Of a stretch of DNA of 56,915 nt, positions 50,695 through 56,915 are shown in pieces. The stretch is from positions 1-56,915 of the forward strand of contig NW_021835176.1 of NCBI RefSeq assembly GCF_006345805.1, written 5' to 3'. Source of the stretch: Octopus sinensis (lineage: Eukaryota). The number at the start of each line of letters is the position of its first letter. Position 1 is the stretch's first letter. Under the pieces are notes generated by a model. The model saw nothing but the letters and a program-made list of their open reading frames with translations, was not told the origin of the DNA and did not search any database. Both the position numbers and the translations under genes were made by a program.

Positions 50695-50880
50695 CAAGGC
50701 GCGTGGCATAGTGGGTAGGGTGCTGCATTGACGGCCGCAATATCGCGGTTTCGATTTTCGGACCGAGCAATGCGTTGATTTCTTGAGCAAAACACTTCAG
50801 TTCACATTTTCTCCAATCCACTCGGCTGTAAATGAGTAACCATGTGACGGACTGGATTGTCGTCCCGTTAAGGGAGGGTG
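50695..50880 (+). mobile_element. Degenerate SINE C-type copy
   Basis: GGCGCGTGGCATAGTGGGTAGGG head, GGTTTCGATT, TTGAGCAAAACACTT. Confidence 0.7.
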
Positions 50881-51044
50881 TTGTAATTTCGGTCTCTTTT
50901 ATGCCGTGGGAACCGAGTAACCAGTCTTATGAGTTCTAAGTCTTGAAACAGCGATGCCCAAGGAGTGATGATTGTGATGGCGTTGATGATGGCAGTGTTA
51001 TTATTACTATTGTTGTTTAGTCCTAGGCAAGTTCTGATTGGGTG

Positions 51045-51250
51045 GAGGCTCGTGGCTTAGTGGTTAGGGTGTTGGACTTATGATCTTAAGATTGTGGTTT
51101 CGATTCCTAGACCAGGCGATGCGTTGTGCTTTTGAGCAAAATACTTCATTTCACGTTGCCCCAATCCACTCAGCAGGCGTCCCGTCCAGATGGAGAATAT
51201 AAGGAAACCGGGAAACTAGCCATGGAAACTGGGAAACCGACCTCTATGAA
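51045..51250 (+). mobile_element. SINE C-type copy
   Basis: GTGGCTTAGTGGTTAGGG A box, GGTTTCGATTCC B box, TTGAGCAAAATACTT. Confidence 0.8.
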
Positions 51251-51754
51251 TCAACACGATTCTAGAAAGTAACATTAATCTTTACCTAAATTCTGAGTGA
51301 GTAGACTAATGATCAAAAGCATTCTAAAAGTGACCATCCCGTTTTAGTTTTTATATCTGCAGGAAATACTGGATCGCATTATCAAACATGTTCGTTTCTA
51401 AGATGTTTGGGTATAATTTTAAGGAGATTTAGTTGTTATTTCTAGCTGGCCAAGCGACCAAATACAGGCGCCATCGTTTGTTCTGGTAGTGGTTGTGGTG
51501 GTGTGAGTGCAATAGTATTGTTGTTTAACTCATCCCCACCTCGGTCAATCCTGAATAAGCAGTCCCACGATCATAGGCAATCCAACCGTGATCTCTTCGC
51601 CTTGTCTTTTGTAACTCTAGGACTATATTGCTCAATGTGTCCTTCCTTTTCTATGAGGTAATTTGGCTGGTATTTCTAGCGGGTTCAATGACCGCACACT
51701 TATGCCCAGCGTTAGTGTGGAAGTTTTATTGTTGTTTTGTCCTATATCATCCTT

Positions 51755-51860
51755 GGAAACCGGTTTTCCGGTTTCCTTATATTCTCCATCTGGACGGGAC
51801 GCCTGCTGAAGGGATTGGAACAATGTGAAATGAAATGTTTTGCTCAAAAGCACAACATCC
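51755..51860 (-). mobile_element. Inverted partial copy of the 51045 SINE
   Basis: 41-bp perfect reverse-complement identity (51171-51211 vs 51768-51808). Confidence 0.8.
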
Positions 51861-52483
51861 ATGAACATCCCGGTTTTATTTTGTAGTCGAGGGTGGGAGA
51901 AGGTTTATTTAGGAATGCGTTCACCAATGTGTCCTTTCTGGCTTAAGACAGTGGAATTATATTTGAGAGAAATTGGTTGCTCACCTTAGCAGTTTGAGCC
52001 ATTGCACAGATGTATAATACATATACAAATTTTATTGGCTATATATTATATATGTTATTATATATATAGATATAGATATATATATATATATATATACAGA
52101 TTTTAATAATTATATACATAATTTAATAAGTGATTATAATAAGAGTTTTGAGGTGGTAATAGCGTCTTTTGGCGTCCATTTTTCTAGTGCGTGGGGAGGC
52201 TTATAACCAATCCCTTATCATAATTATGTATATAATTATTAAAATATTTGTAAAATTTACCTATAAGGTTTTTATTTCTGCGCTGACCCCTTGGTAAAAT
52301 CATTATTGATTTTTACCCTTTATTGTAATATATATATATATATAATCCAAATTGAAGGAAAGGAGCAGGTAAAATCCAGTCCACATATGTTTCCTAGTTA
52401 GCAGAACCTCAGAAATAATAATTCCTCAACGAGGGGTATTCTACTAGCTACTCATCAGGCCGAAGATACTTAGTTAAATTAAG

Positions 52484-52574
52484 GTTACATTGTCGCCAAT
52501 AGATCCCGGTTAACTCGTCAGTACACACACACGCACATGCACAGACACACAGGCACACACACAAACACACACAC

Positions 52575-52611
<37 letters not shown>

Positions 52612-52682
52612 ACACACATACACATACACACACACATACACACACACACGAGTTAACCGAGATCACTTGACGACATTGTAAC
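52484..52682. mobile_element. MITE-like element whose interior is a (CA)n microsatellite
   Basis: 35-bp inverted termini at 52484-52518 and 52648-52682, 30/35 identical. Confidence 0.7.
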
Positions 52683-52699
52683 TGTTAATCCTTACAAAA

Positions 52700-52880
52700 A
52701 AGTTTTTTCTCTCACCGTTTTTCATTCTCTCTTCTTATCTGTTCTCTTAATCATTTCTGTCGAGAGCTTAGCCTCGAAACGTAAAAGACTTTTTCATTCT
52801 ACCTGAGCGTTAAACTAACACACCTGCTTGTTTTTCCTACACCTAGCTTCATTTTTGTTTTCTGTAAATTTGAAACTTGT
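52700..52880 (+). mobile_element. pLTR-like repeat with a hammerhead-like motif (52754-52786)
   Basis: TTT-CTGTCGA-GAG(CTTAGC)CTC-GAAAC-GTA-AAA. Confidence 0.55.
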
Positions 52881-53252
52881 ATAATATATATATATATAAT
52901 ATATATATATATATACATAATACATACATACACATACACACACATACACAGGCAGAGGTATAGCTGTGTAGGTTAAGATGTTGTATCTGCAACCTGCAAA
53001 CACACAAGGTTTCTGGATCATGTCCTCTGCGCGGGACCTGGAGTAAAGTAAAAAGATTGCCCTACACTATGGACGCATTGCAATGGTTTTGAAACAAATA
53101 AAAAGAACAAACGCCTCCCCACATACATACAATACATACATTAATAATACACAAATACTTAATACATACATACATACATACTTACATGTATCATACATAC
53201 ATAATACATACATACATACATACATACATACATTATATATATATAATATATA

Positions 53253-53415
53253 GGTGTAGGAGTGGCTGTGTGGTAAGTAGCTTGCTTACGAACCACATGG
53301 TTCTAGGTTCAGTCCCACTGCGTGGCGTCTTGGGCAAGTGTTTTCTACTATAGCCTCGGGCCGATCAAAGCCTTGTGAGTGGATTTGGTAGACGGAAACT
53401 GAAAGAAGGCCGTCG

Positions 53416-53446
<31 letters not shown>

Positions 53447-53670
53447 GTATGTGTGTGTATATGTTTGTGTGTCTGTGTTTGTACCCCCAACATAGCTTGA
53501 TAACCGATGCTGGTGTGTTTACATCCCCGTAACTTAGCGGTTCGGCAAAAAAGACCGATAGAAGTACTAGGCTTACAAAGAATAAATCCTTGGGTCGATT
53601 TGGTCGGCTAAAGGTGGTGCTCCAGCGTGGCCACAGTCAAATGACTGAAACAAGTACAAGAGGAAAGAGT
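53253..53670 (+). mobile_element. Full-length tRNA-type SINE family B with an internal (AT)/(GT) microsatellite
   Basis: GTGGCTGTGTGGTAAG A box, GGTTCAGTCCC B box, CTTGGGCAAGTG domain, internal microsatellite ~53416-53475, 3' end GTCAAATGACTGAAACAAGTA. Confidence 0.9.
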
Positions 53671-53681
53671 ATATACACACA

Positions 53682-53725
<44 letters not shown>

Positions 53726-54296
53726 ACACATATATATTGCTATTATTAGTTTAACAGAAGGATTACTTCCCTCTTCACTGAATCGTGACGGAAGAAATTT
53801 CCTTTCCCAGTTTCCGTACGTTGTTTGCTATCTTAATTACAAATTCTTTCTTTTCTCCTTCTTATTATTATTCGCCAATCAAACACTGTTGCTTGTTCCA
53901 TGGCTTATCTGCGACTCAAGTGCGACAAGTTAATCGCCTTAATGCCGTTCACTTAACATTGATGCTTATTAATCCATTTTACGCACAATATCCGAAAACG
54001 AGAGCAGCTTAACTTGCTGTGAGTTAGGTCTGTTACTCAACAAAAGACAGATTTAATTTCTGCATTGAAGTACTGAACTAACTCCAACTCTTATATTGTA
54101 TTATATTGTTATATTTTAGTTCTACATTCGGCCGATGATTGAATACCATAGAAATCGTTCTGGCTGGAATATTAAGTATCATCATCATCATCATCATCAT
54201 TATTATTATTATTATTATTAGTAGTAGTAGTAGTAGTAGTAGTGATAGCTGTGGTGATCGGAAGGAGGAGGAAGTGTTATTCGTTCAAGTTAGTAG

Positions 54297-54472
54297 AAAT
54301 CCTTTCTACTATTGGCACAAAGCCTGAAATTTGGAGGAAGGAGACCAATCGATTACATCAACCCCAGTGCTTAACTGGTACTTAATTTATCGACCCCGAA
54401 AGGATGAAAGGCAAAGTCAGCTCCAGCGGCATTTGAACTCAGAACATGAAGACAGACGAAATACCGCTAAAT
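54297..54472 (-). mobile_element. SINE family A, partial
   Basis: Tail-2 end, core TCGACCCCGAAAGGATGAAAGG and ATTTGAACTCAGAAC. Confidence 0.82.
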
Positions 54473-55286
54473 ACCCCAAAACAAAATATCCTGGTGTCGA
54501 TCTGTCCGACACAAACTTTTCGAAGTTCGTACCCCAGCCTGGCCGCAGTCGAATGACTAAAGGAAATAAAAGACAAAAGATAAAACCTATAAGGACAACT
54601 CATTGAATTTGTTGGGATGACCACCCAGTTCGAATTCTCGTTAGTTGTCAGACGCGGGAAGTTAATCATACTGGAGTGAATTTCCACAGATACGCATACT
54701 CTCGCTCTCTCTTGTTCTGCGTCAAGACAAAAACAAGCGAAGCGAACCCGCGATAACCAAGCCTGAACTGCAAACGTTATATTTTATTTTTAATGGTTTG
54801 CTCTGGAGGGAGGTCGCCACGTCCATGACCTTCACAAAATTTCCGTAAACAGAGATGGGAGATGACAAGCGATGGTGCTGCAGCCACGCTTTGATGAATG
54901 TTATATGATGATAATGATACGATTTGAGAGAATATATTCGGATCTTGATCAAGCTTCAGCTACAAAACATGTCAGTAAGTCTTATCCATCAAAATGAATG
55001 AAACAAAATGCATCTTCTGCTTCCCCTCAGGGACCGGTAGGGAAGCCTTGACGGTTCCTGACGAGTCCTTCGGTAGAACAGAATATGGGTCTCATTGGAC
55101 TCATTTGTGAATAAGGTTTACACAGAGAGAGAGACAGCCAGCCAACCAGTCACACACACACACAGACATACTTGCACATGAAGACATACTTTCATATATA
55201 CAAACATACTGTACGCACGAACGTATACACACATACATACATACATTTCCTCACCATATATATATATATATATACATATATATATA

Positions 55287-56915
55287 CAAGCAGAGTTACC
55301 CGCCGTTGCCCGAGTTACAAACAATTGAAGAATTAAACTTTTCTGTTATATTTTCTGTAATGAACTGAAATACCTGTGTTCGAAATTTCATCAAAATTGC
55401 AGATGAGGGTTATTTCCCTCTTTACACCACCTAAACAAATTGTAATCGTGCGCATGTATCCCATACTACTGATTTTATGCGCCATTCCAAAAATTCCCGT
55501 ATTATAGAACCTGTTAAATGGATTTTGCCCCTGAAAAATGGAGGTCATGGAGCTCTAAAATGTGAGAGTTAACGCCCCTATGGGGTTGGGCCATTTAATG
55601 TCATCCAGAGAAGTTGAATTGTTGAGAATCTTTTAATTGGGTCTTATTTATTGTTTGAATTTCTTTGAAATAGGAAATATATGTTCCTGGGTTTGTAAAA
55701 GAGAGCAAAGCCACAGGAAACCAAAAGACGAATGATCACAATAGGCAGTCAGCTACAGTACCCTAGTCGTTACCACTGCCAATGTAGGATTCCTCACCAT
55801 CCAGGTGACAGGCACAGCCGTAAGATGCATTACGAATCTATAGCAATTGGAAGGGCGTGACCCAACTGAAATAAACATTAACAACTGTGTGACGTGAGGG
55901 CTAAGGAGAAATGAAAGTTGGAGCTTGCAAATGACCACTATACTGATACGTAACTGGACAGAATATATTTACAATATATAAATGTCTTTGAATAACCAGT
56001 CACTCATCTGGGAAGGCCTTGAAATCAATGTTACCGTGTGGGGACTATGTGTGACCAAGTGATAATAAAAAGACTGAAAGAGATCTGCAATCAAATAACT
56101 TTACTGAACACTTTGCAACTGAATCAGTGGAGACAAAGATGCTTCTCATTTACTTAACAATTTATGCAGTACATTGCAGAAATCACTAAGTGTATGTCAA
56201 AGCAAACTCTTACACTTGTACCATTAAATTACAAATAATGCTCATCTTCTATGCTCCGATGACCCCACAGCTTCCAAGAGTACAACTATTCGTCTTTGCT
56301 TCGATAAAATGACACAATTGTGGGGGTGTTAAGTCCCCGTGAAGGGGTCTTTCTCACTTGTAAGAAATGCAAATTTTATAATATTACTTCATTTCTTTAT
56401 ATCATAAATCTATGGTTAAAATTTCATCAACTGCAAAAATAATGAATTGTCATGGAGATTGTGGCCCTTATGCATAGAATATAATTTCCAAATTTCGTAA
56501 AGATCAATTCAGTACTTTGACTTAGTTTTGGATCATAAAAGAAATTACTAAAAATTTGGGAGCTAAGGCCCCCCATTAGGGTGTTTAGAATCCTCATGTG
56601 AAGTGGAAACTTTTGAGAAACTTCTTGATGTGTGTCAATTACCCATGGTTGAAATTTCATCATATCGAAAATTTATGATGTTTCATGGGGGGTTCTGCCC
56701 CCTTTAAGCCATCCGAAATTCAAACCAAACATATTACCTTATACCCGCCCTTATGCATTAATCCTAAATTTCAAATATCATAGGATCCATTCAGAAATTT
56801 TTTTCATGAAATGTATGAAACATACAGCATTACCCTTCTCCCTAGGCTGCGATTTGTGTTCCAAATTTCATTATGATCGGTGCAGCAGTTTCGAATGTAT
56901 AAGTAATACACGAAA
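55287..56915 (-). mobile_element. Larger degenerate Helitron-like element, 5' end probably beyond the window
   Basis: The 3' end CTCGGGCAACGGCGGG..CTTG|T mirrors the 47655 element with CTAG changed to CTTG; AAATTTC(A/G)T motifs recur through 55.4-56.9 kb. Extent is uncertain. Confidence 0.5.

Noticed and set aside
52430-52462. CTGATGA on the minus strand as a possible hammerhead
   Set aside because: No convincing stem II, GAAA or stem I pairing.
54600-55100. GC-balanced segment with short ORFs and a CTGACGAGTCC motif at ~55058
   Set aside because: Frames are interrupted with no recognisable domain, and the hammerhead-like start lacks a paired stem II and GAAA.

Overview
This is repeat-dense, AT-rich eukaryotic DNA with long (AT)n, (TACA)n, (CA)n and trinucleotide microsatellites. 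The SINE families and microsatellite load look like an octopus/coleoid cephalopod genome, which is an inference from pattern recognition. I cannot confidently identify any host protein-coding gene, and most entries in the ORF track are microsatellite artefacts. The window is mainly a transposon graveyard. (1) Three APE-type LINEs of the CR1/L2-related group, possibly Proto2-like, including a near full-length copy at ~13.9-18.2 kb. (2) Two head-to-tail R4/Dong-like LINE fragments with an RLE endonuclease. (3) Several Penelope-like (GIY-YIG) fragments and pLTR-like repeats carrying minimal hammerhead ribozyme motifs. (4) A mariner nested inside the right TIR of another mariner. (5) Helitron-like elements, MITEs, an RTE remnant and at least 20 tRNA-type SINE copies or fragments. 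The most interesting observation is that frameshift repair of two divergent LINE ORF1s gives the same architecture: an N-terminal Myb/SANT-like (trihelix-type) helix-turn-helix, a low-complexity linker, then CCCH zinc finger(s). One of these LINEs also has a higher-order minisatellite just upstream of ORF1. A CpG-rich ETS/YY1-motif cluster at ~32.6-32.9 kb is the best candidate host promoter. Frequent single-base indels suggest some frameshifts may be assembly errors.
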